Below are positions 40,816-51,623 of a stretch of DNA of 64,000 nt, piece by piece (position 1 is the first letter of the stretch; every line of letters starts with the position of its first letter). The notes under the pieces are model-generated. The model was given only the letters and a program-made list of their open reading frames with translations. It ran no database searches and was not told where the DNA came from. The DNA comes from Thermodesulfobacteriota bacterium (lineage in GTDB: Bacteria > Desulfobacterota > Desulfobulbia > Desulfobulbales > SURF-16), in contig JBDLIE010000002.1 in NCBI GenBank assembly GCA_039715015.1, positions 1-64,000 on the forward strand, written 5' to 3'. A program made the position numbers and the translations under genes.

Positions 40816-42462
40816 TTATTGTCTGTCTCGATATTCACCGAATACCTGGCGCAGGACATCGCAAATCTCCCCCAAGGTGGCGTATTGGCGGACGCAGTTC
40901 AAAACAGGCTCCATGAGTTGCTGATCATTTTCTGCGGCATTCTTGAGGTTGCCTAAGCATTTTTCCACCTCGTTATTATTACGGTCCGCCTTTAGCTTCT
41001 GCAACCTGAGCACTTGTTCAGCCTCAACCTCTGGTTTAACACGCAGCAAGGGGGGCTTTAATTCCTCATCCACTTGGAATTTGTTGACACCGACAATAAC
41101 GCGCTGCCCAGATTCGATCTCCTTTTGATACTCGTAGGCAGAGTGTTCAATCTGGCGTTGGATGAAACCGTCCTCAATGCAGTCCACCACACCGCCGGCC
41201 TCCTCGATTTTGGCCATTAACTCCTCGGCTTCATCCTCGATACGATCAGTGAGTTCTTCAATAAAATAGGAACCGCCTAAAGGATCAATGGTACTAGCCA
41301 CCCCAGACTCATGGGCGATGATCTGCTGGGTACGCAGGGCTGTGCGCACCGATTCTTCGGTGGGCAGAGAAAGGGCCTCGTCCCGGGAGTTGGTATGCAA
41401 TGACTGGGTGCCGCCCAACACAGCAGAAAGGGCCTGAAGAGTGACCCGGACAATATTATTATCTATCTGCTGGGCCGTTAGGGTATTTCCTGCAGTCTGG
41501 GTATGGAAACGTAACATCCAACTGCTTGGTTTCTTGGCGCCAAGCCCCTTCATGGTTTTGGCCCACAACCTGCGGGCAGCCCGGAATTTAGCAACCTCCT
41601 CAAGCAGATCGGAAGAGGCATTAAAGAAAAAGGCCAGGCGTCTGGCAAAATGATCAAGCTCAAGACCTGCCCCAAGGGCGGTTTTCACATAGGTAACACC
41701 ATGTGCCAGGGTAAAGGCCACCTCCTGCACTGCTGTGGAACCAGCCTCGCGGATATGGTAGCCGGAGATGGAAATGGTATTAAAGAGCGGCGTATTCTTG
41801 CCGCACCACCGGAAGATATCAGTAATAAGGCGCAAACTGGGCTTAGGGGGATAGATATAGGTGCCGCGAGCCACATACTCCTTCAAAATATCGTTTTGGA
41901 TAGTTCCCTTGAGCTTATCTGCCGCCACCCCCTGCTTCTCGGCAACAACCACGTACATGGCAAGGAGAACAATGGCCGGGGAATTGATAGTCATGGAGGT
42001 GGAAACCTTATCGAGTGGGATATCTGCAAAAAGGCTTTCCATATCGGCCAAAGAGTCTATGGCAACGCCCACCTTGCCCACCTCGCCCATGGCCATGGCA
42101 TGGTCCGAATCGTAGCCAATCTGAGTTGGCAGATCAAAGGCAACAGACAGTCCTGTAGTGCCGTGCTCCAGGAGATAGCGATACCGTTTATTGGATTCAG
42201 CGGCGGTTGAAAAGCCAGCATACTGACGCATGGTCCACAGCCGGCCCCGATACATGGTGGGCTGTACTCCGCGGGTATAGGGGTAGCGTCCTGGGAAGCC
42301 TATTTCTTCCTCATAATTTTCATCAATGGTTGTTGGCAGTGAGAGCCTTGGGATCTCGGCGCCACCATGATTATAAAAGGTCTTATAGCGTTCCGGAAAC
42401 CGGCCCAGGGAGGCCGCCAACTCCTCTTCTTGCCATGATGTATAGGAAGGATGATCTGTCAT
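40816..42462 (-). CDS. Methylmalonyl-CoA mutase, large (substrate-binding) subunit
   Basis: WTMRQYAGF (Tyr) and [15 protein letters not shown] (Arg), the residues that mark methylmalonyl-CoA rather than isobutyryl-CoA mutase; [20 protein letters not shown]. Confidence 0.93.
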   Translation of the reverse strand: MTDHPSYTSWQEEELAASLGRFPERYKTFYNHGGAEIPRLSLPTTIDENYEEEIGFPGRYPYTRGVQPTMYRGRLWTMRQYAGFSTAAESNKRYRYLLEHGTTGLSVAFDLPTQIGYDSDHAMAMGEVGKVGVAIDSLADMESLFADIPLDKVSTSMTINSPAIVLLAMYVVVAEKQGVAADKLKGTIQNDILKEYVARGTYIYPPKPSLRLITDIFRWCGKNTPLFNTISISGYHIREAGSTAVQEVAFTLAHGVTYVKTALGAGLELDHFARRLAFFFNASSDLLEEVAKFRAARRLWAKTMKGLGAKKPSSWMLRFHTQTAGNTLTAQQIDNNIVRVTLQALSAVLGGTQSLHTNSRDEALSLPTEESVRTALRTQQIIAHESGVASTIDPLGGSYFIEELTDRIEDEAEELMAKIEEAGGVVDCIEDGFIQRQIEHSAYEYQKEIESGQRVIVGVNKFQVDEELKPPLLRVKPEVEAEQVLRLQKLKADRNNNEVEKCLGNLKNAAENDQQLMEPVLNCVRQYATLGEICDVLRQVFGEYRDRQ

Positions 42463-42478
42463 TTGTCTTCTTTGGTTT

Positions 42479-43420
42479 TCAATTATTGCTACGTATCCCT
42501 AACCCTGCAAGGAGATCCTTGGCAAGCAGCATGGGATCGCCATGAAACTCTTCATCTTTATTGATGCAGGCCTCTATCTGGGGGCGAATCAACTCCACCG
42601 CCCAATCAATAACCTCATAGCGCCTGGCCTGGAGGCGGCGCTGGGATATTTCGCCGTTCTCCTCAAAGACCTTATGCACCTCATTGACACGCTGAATAAG
42701 GGCAGCCACCCCTTCACCTTGACTGGCAATGGTGCTGCAGACCTTGGTGGCACGCCCCAGCCTCTCCTGGCGTTGGCGGGCCACACTTTCCATATCGAGG
42801 ACCAAGGCATCGGCACCGCGCAGATCAGACTTATTGATTACCAGAATGTCGGCGACCTCAAGAAGGCCGGCCTTCATGGCCTGAATATCATCACCCAGCC
42901 CAGGGGCCAGAACCATGGCAGTGAGATCGGCCATGCGAACAATGTCCATCTCCGACTGGCCTACTCCCACAGTCTCGATAAGTACCACTTCACAACCGCT
43001 CTGAGCCATGATCCGCACGGCAGCGCCGGCAGAACCACAGACACCTCCAAGGCGCCCCCGGGTTGCCATGGAGCGCACGACAACGTCTTTGTCCAAGGCA
43101 TGACCCATCATCCGCACCCGGTCACCAAGCAAAGCCCCACCGGAGAGCGGGGACGATGGATCCACGGCAACAACACCAATTCGCTTCTTGAGGCGGCGAT
43201 ACTCCTTGATCAGTTGGCTGGTCAGCGTCGACTTTCCTGCCCCTGGGGGGCCGGTTATGCCAACAACAAGACAAGCCTCAATTTTTTCCGGATCAAGGCT
43301 GGCAAGTATGGCATGGGCTGCCGGTTCATGGTTTTCAACAATGGAGATAGCCCGGCCAATGGAGCGAGGATCGCCGTGACTCACCCCGCTTATAATTTTG
43401 GCGACTTCGGGCATAAACAA
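42479..43420 (-). CDS. meaB: MeaB/ArgK GTPase chaperone of the B12 mutase
   Basis: [57 protein letters not shown]. Confidence 0.95.
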   Translation of the reverse strand: MFMPEVAKIISGVSHGDPRSIGRAISIVENHEPAAHAILASLDPEKIEACLVVGITGPPGAGKSTLTSQLIKEYRRLKKRIGVVAVDPSSPLSGGALLGDRVRMMGHALDKDVVVRSMATRGRLGGVCGSAGAAVRIMAQSGCEVVLIETVGVGQSEMDIVRMADLTAMVLAPGLGDDIQAMKAGLLEVADILVINKSDLRGADALVLDMESVARQRQERLGRATKVCSTIASQGEGVAALIQRVNEVHKVFEENGEISQRRLQARRYEVIDWAVELIRPQIEACINKDEEFHGDPMLLAKDLLAGLGIRSNN

Positions 43421-43499
43421 AAAGTCCGTTGCTAGTTTGCAGGAGTCAGTAACAAAAAAATCAGCAGATCAATCCAAACAATGAACTGACCACTGATTT

Positions 43500-43904
43500 C
43501 TACCTGCTATTTTTTTGGCAGGCGTCCCGAAAGGCGTTCATCACCTCTTCCAGAGTTGCCCCCGGGGTGAAGATCTCACGGACACCGGCCTCTTTTAAAG
43601 CTTCGATGTCCTCCTCAGGAATGACACCACCGCCCACCACAGCTATATCGCTGGCCCCGGCCTTGGCAAGTTCCTCAACAACAGCGGGAAAGAGACGAAG
43701 ATGGGCACCGGAGAGTGATGAAAGACCGACTGCAGCAACGTCCTCCTGGACAGCGGCCGCGGCAATTTCTGCCGGCGAACGACGAATTCCTGTGTAAATC
43801 ACTTCAAAACCCTGATCGCGCAGGGCCTGGGCAATAACTTTGGCCCCCCGGTCATGGCCATCAAGGCCCGGTTTGCCAATTAAAACGCGATATTTTTTAC
43901 TCAT
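43500..43904 (-). CDS. Methylmalonyl-CoA mutase small (cobalamin-binding) subunit
   Basis: KPGLDGHDRGAK (DxHxxG), GLSSLSGAH, GGVIP, IFTPG. Confidence 0.93.
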   Translation of the reverse strand: MSKKYRVLIGKPGLDGHDRGAKVIAQALRDQGFEVIYTGIRRSPAEIAAAAVQEDVAAVGLSSLSGAHLRLFPAVVEELAKAGASDIAVVGGGVIPEEDIEALKEAGVREIFTPGATLEEVMNAFRDACQKNSR

Positions 43905-44032
43905 AAGATATCCTTAATCCGGCTAAGATGGTCTTCTTTCAGCCGCACTTGAAGGGGTAAGACCCTCTCATCCCAAAGCTGGCAAGAGGTTCCAGTTGAC
44001 CTCTTCATCCATCTTCTCTATTTCCCCACATA

Positions 44033-44917
44033 TTACTTAATAGAGGCCCTAAATACCTGCGCGCAAAACTGTCCTAATGTTCCCAAATTGTCACAGACCT
44101 GAACGCCTCCGGCTTTCATGGCGGCAATCTTCGCGGCTGCTGTGCCTGCAGAGCCACTAATAATGGCACCAGCATGGCCCATGCGCCTTCCTGGGGGGGC
44201 TGTCAAACCAGCGATAAAGCCCACCACCGGTTTGCTCATCTTTTCTTTAATAAATCTTGAGGCTTCTTCTTCAGCTGAGCCGCCGATCTCGCCAACCATG
44301 ACCACGCCCCTGGTTTCATCATCCGCCTCAAAGGCAGCCAGGCAATCGATGAAGCTGGTGCCATTGACAGGATCTCCGCCAATGCCAAGGCAGGTGGTTT
44401 GACCGATTCCTTGTTTGGTAAGCTGATCCACCACCTCGTAGGTCAGGGTGCCGGAGCGGGAAACCACACCAATGGGCCCAGCAGCCTTATGGATAGCACC
44501 CGGCATGATTCCCACCTTGGCATGGCCGGGAGTTATGATCCCTGGACAGTTAGGACCAATGAGACGGCTCTTTTTATTGGCAAGAAAGGTTTTCACCTTG
44601 AGCATATCCATCACCGGGATGCCTTCTGTGATACAAACAATAAGCTCAAGACCGGCATCGGCAGCCTCCATGATCGCGTCTCCAGCAAAGGCAGGCGGCA
44701 CAAAAATCATGGATGTATTGGCGCCGGTTCTGGTAACCGCCTCATGAACCGTATTAAAAACAGGCACTCCATCTAAAATCTGACCGCCTTTGCCCGGAGT
44801 GACACCTGCCACAACCTGGGTGCCGTACTCCCGGCATTGGGAGGTGTGGAATTGCCCCTCACGGCCAGTAATACCCTGGACAAGGAGCTGGGTCTGTCCA
44901 TCAACAAAAATCGCCAT
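44033..44917 (-). CDS. sucD: Succinate--CoA ligase alpha subunit
   Basis: [36 protein letters not shown] phospho-His motif. Confidence 0.96.
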   Translation of the reverse strand: MAIFVDGQTQLLVQGITGREGQFHTSQCREYGTQVVAGVTPGKGGQILDGVPVFNTVHEAVTRTGANTSMIFVPPAFAGDAIMEAADAGLELIVCITEGIPVMDMLKVKTFLANKKSRLIGPNCPGIITPGHAKVGIMPGAIHKAAGPIGVVSRSGTLTYEVVDQLTKQGIGQTTCLGIGGDPVNGTSFIDCLAAFEADDETRGVVMVGEIGGSAEEEASRFIKEKMSKPVVGFIAGLTAPPGRRMGHAGAIISGSAGTAAAKIAAMKAGGVQVCDNLGTLGQFCAQVFRASIK

Positions 44918-44922
44918 ATTTC

Positions 44923-46083
44923 TTATCCTGCAATGGCTGCCACCTTGGCAGCGGCATCAGCCAAGTCAAGGGCTGTGATCAGATTGAGTTTGGAAGCGGC
45001 CAGAATCTCCCGGCCCTTTTCAACATTGGTTCCTTCCATGCGGATGACCACCGGCACGTTGATGTCAACCACCCGGGCCGCCTGGACAATACCCTCGGCC
45101 AGCACATCACAACGGAGAATACCGCCGAAGATATTAATCAAAATCCCTTTAACCCGTTCATCACGAAGGATGAGGCGGAAGCCCTGCTCAACCATCTCAG
45201 CCGAAGCACCGCCGCCCACGTCAAGAAAATTGGCCGGAGAAGCCCCGGCTTGTTTGATGATATCCATGGTGGCCATGGCAAGACCAGCGCCATTAACCAT
45301 ATTGCCGATGGTGCCATCGAGATTGATGTAGTTGAGGTTATGCCTTGAGGCCTCGACCTCCAAAGGATCTTCCTCACTCTCATCACGCATGGCAACAATC
45401 TCAGGATGGCGATAGAGGCTGTTTGCGTCCACATCCATCTTGGCATCCAGGGCAACCACCTGCTGGTCTTCGGTGACCACTAAGGGATTGATCTCTACCA
45501 TGGAGCAATCTTTCGAGATCATCAAATTGTAAAGATTATCAAGGAGACTCATAAAAGATTTGGCTGCCGGCCCGGAGAGCCCCAGACCAAAGGCCACCTG
45601 TCGGCAATGATAGGCCTGAAGGCCGACAAGAGGATTAACCCGCACCTTGATGATCTTTTCCGGGGTGGCAGCTGCCACCTCTTCGATATCCATGCCTCCT
45701 TCGGAACTGGCCATGATCATGATGGTGGCACTGTCACGGTCCGGCAGGATGGCAAGATAGAACTCCCGGCTGATGGCAAGGCCCTCTTCCACCAGGACCT
45801 TCTCCACCAATTTGCCCTGGGCACCGGTCTGGCGGGTAACGAGATTCATGCCCAGGATTTCACCGGCAATAGTCGCGACCTCGTTCTTATCATGGCCGAG
45901 CTTAACACCGCCGCCCTTACCGCGGCCGCCGGCATGGATCTGGGCCTTAACAACCACAGGGTATCCAGGGAGTTCAGCCGCTGCCTGACAAGCCTCGGCA
46001 ATGTTTGTCGCCTTGGCACCCTTTGGTACAGCTACCCCTGCCTGGGCAAAAAGCTCTTTGGCCTGATATTCATGAATTTTCAT
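44923..46083 (-). CDS. sucC: Succinate--CoA ligase beta subunit
   Basis: [46 protein letters not shown]. Confidence 0.96.
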   Translation of the reverse strand: MKIHEYQAKELFAQAGVAVPKGAKATNIAEACQAAAELPGYPVVVKAQIHAGGRGKGGGVKLGHDKNEVATIAGEILGMNLVTRQTGAQGKLVEKVLVEEGLAISREFYLAILPDRDSATIMIMASSEGGMDIEEVAAATPEKIIKVRVNPLVGLQAYHCRQVAFGLGLSGPAAKSFMSLLDNLYNLMISKDCSMVEINPLVVTEDQQVVALDAKMDVDANSLYRHPEIVAMRDESEEDPLEVEASRHNLNYINLDGTIGNMVNGAGLAMATMDIIKQAGASPANFLDVGGGASAEMVEQGFRLILRDERVKGILINIFGGILRCDVLAEGIVQAARVVDINVPVVIRMEGTNVEKGREILAASKLNLITALDLADAAAKVAAIAG

Positions 46084-46090
46084 CTCTATA

Positions 46091-47980
46091 CTAACCAGGG
46101 AATCCTAAGCCCGTGAGGACATCGGTTATCTCATCCAGAATGAGAGGATCATCAATGGTGGAAGGCATACGGTATTCCTTGCCATTGGCAATAGAACGCA
46201 TGGTGCCGCGCAGAATTTTTCCAGAACGGGTTTTCGGCAGTCTGTCCACCACTGCTGTTGTCCGATAGCAGGCAATAGGGCCGATCTTGTCGCGAACCAT
46301 CTGGGCAAGTTCACCGGCAAGCTCGTCGGCATCCCGTGTACGGCCAGCCTTCAAGACAACAAGTCCCACCGGCAGCTGGCCTTTGAGCTGATCTTCAGTG
46401 CCAAAGACCGCGCATTCGGCCACATCAGGATGGGTGGCAATAACTTCCTCCATGGCGCCGGTGGAGAGGCGATGACCGGCGATATTGATAACATCATCCA
46501 TGCGCCCCATGATATAGACATAGCCGTCTTCATCGATGAAACCGCCATCGCTGGTTTCATAGTAGCCTGGAAAGGTGGTCATATACGATTTTTTAAATTT
46601 TTCCTCATCACGCCACAAGGAGGCCAGGGTGCCGGGGGGAAGGGGCAGCTTAACAACCACATTGCCCTCTTGGTTAGGGCCAACAACCTTGCCGCCATCA
46701 TCAAGGATCTGGACATCATAACCAGGCACCGGCTTAGTGGCAGAGCCAGCCTTTACTGGAAATTCCTCGATGCCTCGACAGTTGGCAACAATGGCCCAAC
46801 CAGTCTCAGTCTGCCACCAATGATCAATCACCGGCACCTTAAGAAGTTCCGAAGCCCAATGATAGGTGTCGGGATCAAGGCGTTCACCTGCAAGGTAGAG
46901 CGCTTCAAAGCAGTCCAAGTCATACCTGCGGCATAACTCCCCTTGGGGATCTTCCTTTTTAATGGCCCGAAAAGCGGTGGGAGCAGTAAACAGGGCCTTG
47001 ACTCCATGTTCGGAAATTACTCGCCAAAAGGCACCGGCATCAGGTGTGCCAATGGGTTTTCCTTCATAGAAGACAGTGGTACAGCCGGCAAGAAGAGGCC
47101 CGTAAACAATGTATGAGTGGCCCACCACCCAGCCTACGTCTGAGGCCGACCAAAACACATCGCCCGGCTCTATATTATAGACATTTTTCATGGACCAGTT
47201 AAGGGCCACAGCATGGCCGCCATTATCCCGTATAACCCCTTTGGGCATGCCGGTGGTACCAGAAGTATATAGGATATAGAGAGGAGATGTCGCCTCAACA
47301 GGTACGCAGTCAACCGGCTGGGCATCAGCCATAAGATCCTGCCAGGAATAATCGCGTCCAGCCTGCAGGTCGGCATCAACAAATTCACGCCTATAAACGA
47401 TAACTGAGTCCACAGGGTGGCTGGCAATGGCCAGGGCCTCATCAACCAAAGGCTTATAGGCCAGGGTTTTCTTGCCTTCTATGGCACCACTTGCCGTAAT
47501 GAGCAGCTTGGGTCGGGCATGATCAATACGCAGGGCAAGCTCGCTGGGGGCAAAACCGCCGAAAACCACAGAGTGAATGGCGCCAAGACGGGCACAGGCC
47601 AGCATGGCAAAAGCGGCCTCAGGAATCATGGGCATATAGATAATAACCGTATCACCCTTAGCAACCCCCTTTTCCTGCAAAGCACCGGCAAATCGCGCCA
47701 CCTGATCCTGGAGTTCAGCGTAGGTTATCTTGCGGACAGTATCAGTAACCGGGCTGTCAAAAATGATAGCGACCTGGTCGCCCCGGCCATTTTCCACATG
47801 GCGATCAACGGCGTTATAGCAGGTGTTGAGTTCACCGCCTTTAAACCAGCGATAGAAAGGAGGATTGCTATCGTCCAGAATGACATCCGGTTTTTTATGC
47901 CAATCTAATGCTTTACCGGCCTCTGCCCAGAAAATCTCTGGATCGGAGATACTCAGTGCAAAGATGTCATCATATTTCAT
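46091..47980 (-). CDS. prpE: Propionyl-CoA synthetase (AMP-forming)
   Basis: YTSGTTGMPKG, SDVGWVVGHSYIVYGPL, DHWWQTETG, PKTRSGKILR; first gene of the methylmalonyl-CoA cluster. Confidence 0.88.
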   Translation of the reverse strand: MKYDDIFALSISDPEIFWAEAGKALDWHKKPDVILDDSNPPFYRWFKGGELNTCYNAVDRHVENGRGDQVAIIFDSPVTDTVRKITYAELQDQVARFAGALQEKGVAKGDTVIIYMPMIPEAAFAMLACARLGAIHSVVFGGFAPSELALRIDHARPKLLITASGAIEGKKTLAYKPLVDEALAIASHPVDSVIVYRREFVDADLQAGRDYSWQDLMADAQPVDCVPVEATSPLYILYTSGTTGMPKGVIRDNGGHAVALNWSMKNVYNIEPGDVFWSASDVGWVVGHSYIVYGPLLAGCTTVFYEGKPIGTPDAGAFWRVISEHGVKALFTAPTAFRAIKKEDPQGELCRRYDLDCFEALYLAGERLDPDTYHWASELLKVPVIDHWWQTETGWAIVANCRGIEEFPVKAGSATKPVPGYDVQILDDGGKVVGPNQEGNVVVKLPLPPGTLASLWRDEEKFKKSYMTTFPGYYETSDGGFIDEDGYVYIMGRMDDVINIAGHRLSTGAMEEVIATHPDVAECAVFGTEDQLKGQLPVGLVVLKAGRTRDADELAGELAQMVRDKIGPIACYRTTAVVDRLPKTRSGKILRGTMRSIANGKEYRMPSTIDDPLILDEITDVLTGLGFPG

Positions 47981-48194
47981 TCCATAGCCCCGTGTGTAAT
48001 TGCTGAATCTGCACCAGGTAGAACCACCCAGGTAATTATACGTACCGACAAAAAATCATTAGCATTCATCATGTTCTTTGTCAATCTTAGGAGGGTCGCC
48101 ATCACCTCAGTCTTGCCAAGGATGGAATTTACCCATAATGTATTGTTTGCCGTACATCAATTTACCTAAGCCCCTTGTTTAATATTGGAGATTA

Positions 48195-48629
48195 TTGACA
48201 AAAATGTTTTCTGAAATGATTGAAGATTTACAGTCAGGGCTTGAACCCACCCTTCCCCTTCTGCGCCAACGCCTGCAGGCTGCCATGGTTAAAAAAATGG
48301 CAATGATGCGTCTCCATAAAGAATTTCACCATAATGACAGTAAAATTAATCCCAATACCGACCATATGATGTGGGCGGCTATCTTGCTGGAGGATCATGA
48401 TGCCATGGAAACTCTGGCCACTATTTTATTAACCGAAGCCCATGATCGCTATGAGGCGCAACGGGGCGCCATGGATGCACCTCGTTCTCCTCCTGAGCTT
48501 TCCGGAGTTTTAACCCTGAGCGTGCGAAAATTGCTTGCAGTCAGCGCCAGCAACAAGCTCTCCCACCTCCTTAATGAAAAATTTAAAAAGGCAACTATTT
48601 TCAAAGAGTTAACAGGGATATTACGTTGA
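48195..48629 (+). CDS. Hypothetical protein, divergent from prpE
   Basis: 144-aa ORF after a GGAG RBS, filling the gap between prpE and the next operon; start may be ATG 48204. Confidence 0.65.
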   Translation: MTKMFSEMIEDLQSGLEPTLPLLRQRLQAAMVKKMAMMRLHKEFHHNDSKINPNTDHMMWAAILLEDHDAMETLATILLTEAHDRYEAQRGAMDAPRSPPELSGVLTLSVRKLLAVSASNKLSHLLNEKFKKATIFKELTGILR

Positions 48630-48874
48630 CTTTTCCACCTGGAACGATATTATATTTTTTCCTTACTATTCTTTAAGGCAGTTAAAATTTCCTTGTAGAA
48701 AGTTTCACGGAACAGCAACCGCCATCAAGTAAGAGACAAACGCAGCTGTCTATATTTTTTTTCGGAGCATCCTGCCTATTTTTTCTCCCTAAAATAGGCC
48801 CATAAGGATGGTTCACGTTTCATCCAGCTCAGTTTTCAAACTGCTGCCGGGCAACTTTTTTTTGAGTATTTTTT

Positions 48875-50923
48875 ATGTTTCATGTTTTCCGTCACATCCT
48901 ATTTTTCTTTTTTCTGTTGGCAGCCCTTGTTTCTGTAAGTTTTGCTGACCAGCACAACCTTTCCCATGAGGATGAGGAGGAACTCTCCCATCTTCTCGAC
49001 GTCCTTGACAAGCATACTGCGATTGCAACCAAAACCAAGATGAACGCCGACTATATTCCCGGTATGGTCACTGTTCTCCACGGCAAGGACCTTGAGGCCC
49101 GCGGCAAGAGAAATATCATGGAGGCCCTCACCCTGGTCCCTGGTCTTGATATTACCCTCAGCGCAAACGGCACACCTGCCTTAGTGAGCCGCGGCATAGG
49201 CAGCCCGTATATCTCGGCAACGTCCATGATTCTCCTTAATGGAACACCGCTCAACACCACTCTCTTCGGTTTTGGCACTGGCGTTTGCAACATGCCCATT
49301 GAACAGATTGACCGTATAGAGGTTATCCGCGGCCCTGGTGCAGCGGTGCATGGTGAATTTGCTTACAGCGGAGTGATCAATATCATCACCCGCCTGGATG
49401 ACAACCGCCTCTTTGCCACCTATGGAAAAAACAAATCCTACGCCGGCGGTGCCATGGCTTATTTTCGTGACAGCGCCAACAATTTCCAAATCTCCATCAA
49501 CGGTTCATTGTCAGACAGTGAAGGGCAATCCCACTTTGCCGGTCCAGATATCTTCGGCGCTTTTGGAAACAGCAACGAGTTACGTGAGAGCAGTAATGCC
49601 TTTCTGACAGTGAAGTACAAAGATTTCACCCTCCTTGCCAATAATGTCGAGGAAAGGGTCGGAGATTATTACGGAGTGCAGCCCCTTGACGACAATCATG
49701 TTGCCCAAACCCATTTATATGAAAATATTGAAGCGCAACAACGCATCCGCCCCTCTGCGGATCTTGACATCCAGCTCAAGGTCGGTTGGCAGAATTATAG
49801 CTTCGACGTTAACAAAGCAAACATCATCCCCCCCAGCAGTCTCCCCTCTTTTACGGGTTTCACCTACACGGACGGCGTGCAGGTGTCGATTTACAGTTTA
49901 GAGGAGAAATTTTTCACCTGCCTGGAGGCCTCCTGGCAGGGCATTGCCGATCACCAGATCCTGGCCGGTTTCTCCTACAACCATGTTGAACTGCGTGATG
50001 TCTGGCAGAAGACAAATATTGATCTCGTCACTTACGCGCCAACATACTGGCAGGAAGTCACTGGCAATAGCCTCTTTGTAGATGATGACAGCAGACGAGA
50101 CATATACAGTGTCATCCTTCAGGATGTTTGGCAAATGGCCCCCACCATAACCCTGACCACCGGTATGCGGGCCGATCACTACAGTGATGTCGGCGATAGC
50201 TTTACCCCGCGTCTCTCAGCAGTATGGCAACCTTCTGAACATCATATTTTCAAAGTTCAGGCAGCCCGGGCCTTCCGCCCCCCGACATTCATGGAACTCT
50301 ACGGTTCCGAGATACCTTTGCAGGGAAATCCCAATATAGAGCCTGAAACCATTGACACCTATGAAGTTGGCTATATTCACCGTAAAAACAAACATACAGC
50401 CAAGCTCACCATTTTCTACTCACGCCTGTACGACCTTATCGTCACGGTCCCCAAGGGCATCATGGCTCGATATACCAATAGTGATGGCGCTAAACAGATG
50501 GGCTTTGAAATCGAACTGGAACAACAAATCCTGTCCAATCTGAAGTTTGACGGCAATATATCCTATGCCCATACCAAGGACATTGATAGTGAAGAGGAGG
50601 TCTTGGGGGCTATGAAATGGCAGGCCAATGCCGCCCTCATCTACCAACCTGTTTCCTGGGCCTCCTTTGCCTGCCAATATCGTTTTGTTGATGAACGGGC
50701 CAGAGATGCAAATGACCCTCGTGATGATCTGGAGAGTTATGACAAGGTTGACCTTACCCTTTCCTATTTCCCCTCAGAGTTTGAGGGGTTAACCCTTCGG
50801 GCCGGGGTGCAAAATGTTTTCAACAAAGAAATCCTTAATCCTTCACCATCAGCACTTAGCTTCCCGGATGATTTTGAAACACAGGATAGATACTGGTGGC
50901 TTCAATGCTCCTATGAGTTCTAG
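48875..50923 (+). CDS. TonB-dependent receptor (type associated with YfiR-like proteins and sensor kinases)
   Basis: Signal peptide, plug domain with IDRIEVIRGPG...SGVINIIT, FRPPTFMELY, VQNVFN, C-terminal aromatic YEF. Confidence 0.9.
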   Translation: MFHVFRHILFFFFLLAALVSVSFADQHNLSHEDEEELSHLLDVLDKHTAIATKTKMNADYIPGMVTVLHGKDLEARGKRNIMEALTLVPGLDITLSANGTPALVSRGIGSPYISATSMILLNGTPLNTTLFGFGTGVCNMPIEQIDRIEVIRGPGAAVHGEFAYSGVINIITRLDDNRLFATYGKNKSYAGGAMAYFRDSANNFQISINGSLSDSEGQSHFAGPDIFGAFGNSNELRESSNAFLTVKYKDFTLLANNVEERVGDYYGVQPLDDNHVAQTHLYENIEAQQRIRPSADLDIQLKVGWQNYSFDVNKANIIPPSSLPSFTGFTYTDGVQVSIYSLEEKFFTCLEASWQGIADHQILAGFSYNHVELRDVWQKTNIDLVTYAPTYWQEVTGNSLFVDDDSRRDIYSVILQDVWQMAPTITLTTGMRADHYSDVGDSFTPRLSAVWQPSEHHIFKVQAARAFRPPTFMELYGSEIPLQGNPNIEPETIDTYEVGYIHRKNKHTAKLTIFYSRLYDLIVTVPKGIMARYTNSDGAKQMGFEIELEQQILSNLKFDGNISYAHTKDIDSEEEVLGAMKWQANAALIYQPVSWASFACQYRFVDERARDANDPRDDLESYDKVDLTLSYFPSEFEGLTLRAGVQNVFNKEILNPSPSALSFPDDFETQDRYWWLQCSYEF

Positions 50924-51014
50924 GTAGATTTATAAAAGTTGCTAAGGAAGCAGCAAGAAAGACTAAACAACAAACAAGTAAACAGAGAACAAGAATCCGG
51001 GCTTATTAGAAATC

Positions 51015-51623
51015 GTGACACATCGTTTAAGGAAAATAGACGCCTTCAAGACATCGAGCTGCCTTTTTTTATGCGGCATACTCCTGCTTTGTCTTGTAAA
51101 GGCTTCCCTTGCGGCCCAGGACCAAGACAGCCATATTGCCCGGCGTCTCAGGGCTGGGCTGGATCTCTTTCCGAGTTTCCTTGCTGCAGATCTCCACATC
51201 AAAGACAAGCTTGATAAAAAAGGCTATCTGATTCTCTATGTCGTCCATCATAACGATAAACGGACCGCCCAGAAAATCGCTTCGAAGCTCCTGGATATCA
51301 AGGCAATAAAAGGTGCGCCCCTCAAAGTCATCATCGTCCGTGATGATTATGATGACCTGCAAAGTTATGAGCCAGCAGCAATATTCATCGCCCAGCCTCA
51401 ACTTCCCCACCTGCCTGCCATTGTCAATTACGGCAAGCAAAAAAGCATTATTACCTTCTCTCCCTTTGTCGGCGATGTCAATCTCGGCGTTACAGGGTCA
51501 ATCTCCGTTACAGCGCGCATTCTTCCGCAGGTGAACATGACCACACTTGGTGATTCCAAGTTGAATTTAAAACCATTTTTCCTTCGTATTGCCTCACGCT
51601 ACCCTGAAGTTGAAATAAATTGA
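51015..51623 (+). CDS. YfiR-like (DUF4154) periplasmic protein
   Basis: Signal peptide; GLDLFPSFLAAD, ITFSPFVGDV..GV, PQVN...L..FFLRIA; sits between the TonB receptor and a kinase. Confidence 0.7.
   Translation: MTHRLRKIDAFKTSSCLFLCGILLLCLVKASLAAQDQDSHIARRLRAGLDLFPSFLAADLHIKDKLDKKGYLILYVVHHNDKRTAQKIASKLLDIKAIKGAPLKVIIVRDDYDDLQSYEPAAIFIAQPQLPHLPAIVNYGKQKSIITFSPFVGDVNLGVTGSISVTARILPQVNMTTLGDSKLNLKPFFLRIASRYPEVEIN

Noticed and set aside
40816..42462. Isobutyryl-CoA or other acyl-CoA mutase instead of methylmalonyl-CoA mutase
   Set aside because: It has the RQYAG Tyr and the Arg typical of methylmalonyl-CoA mutase, and epimerase plus sucCD are adjacent
48630..48875. Cobalamin riboswitch ahead of the TonB receptor, suggested by the nearby B12 mutase
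   Set aside because: No B12-box or GGGAA/GCCACTG core elements; the receptor context (YfiR-like protein, kinases) does not fit btuB
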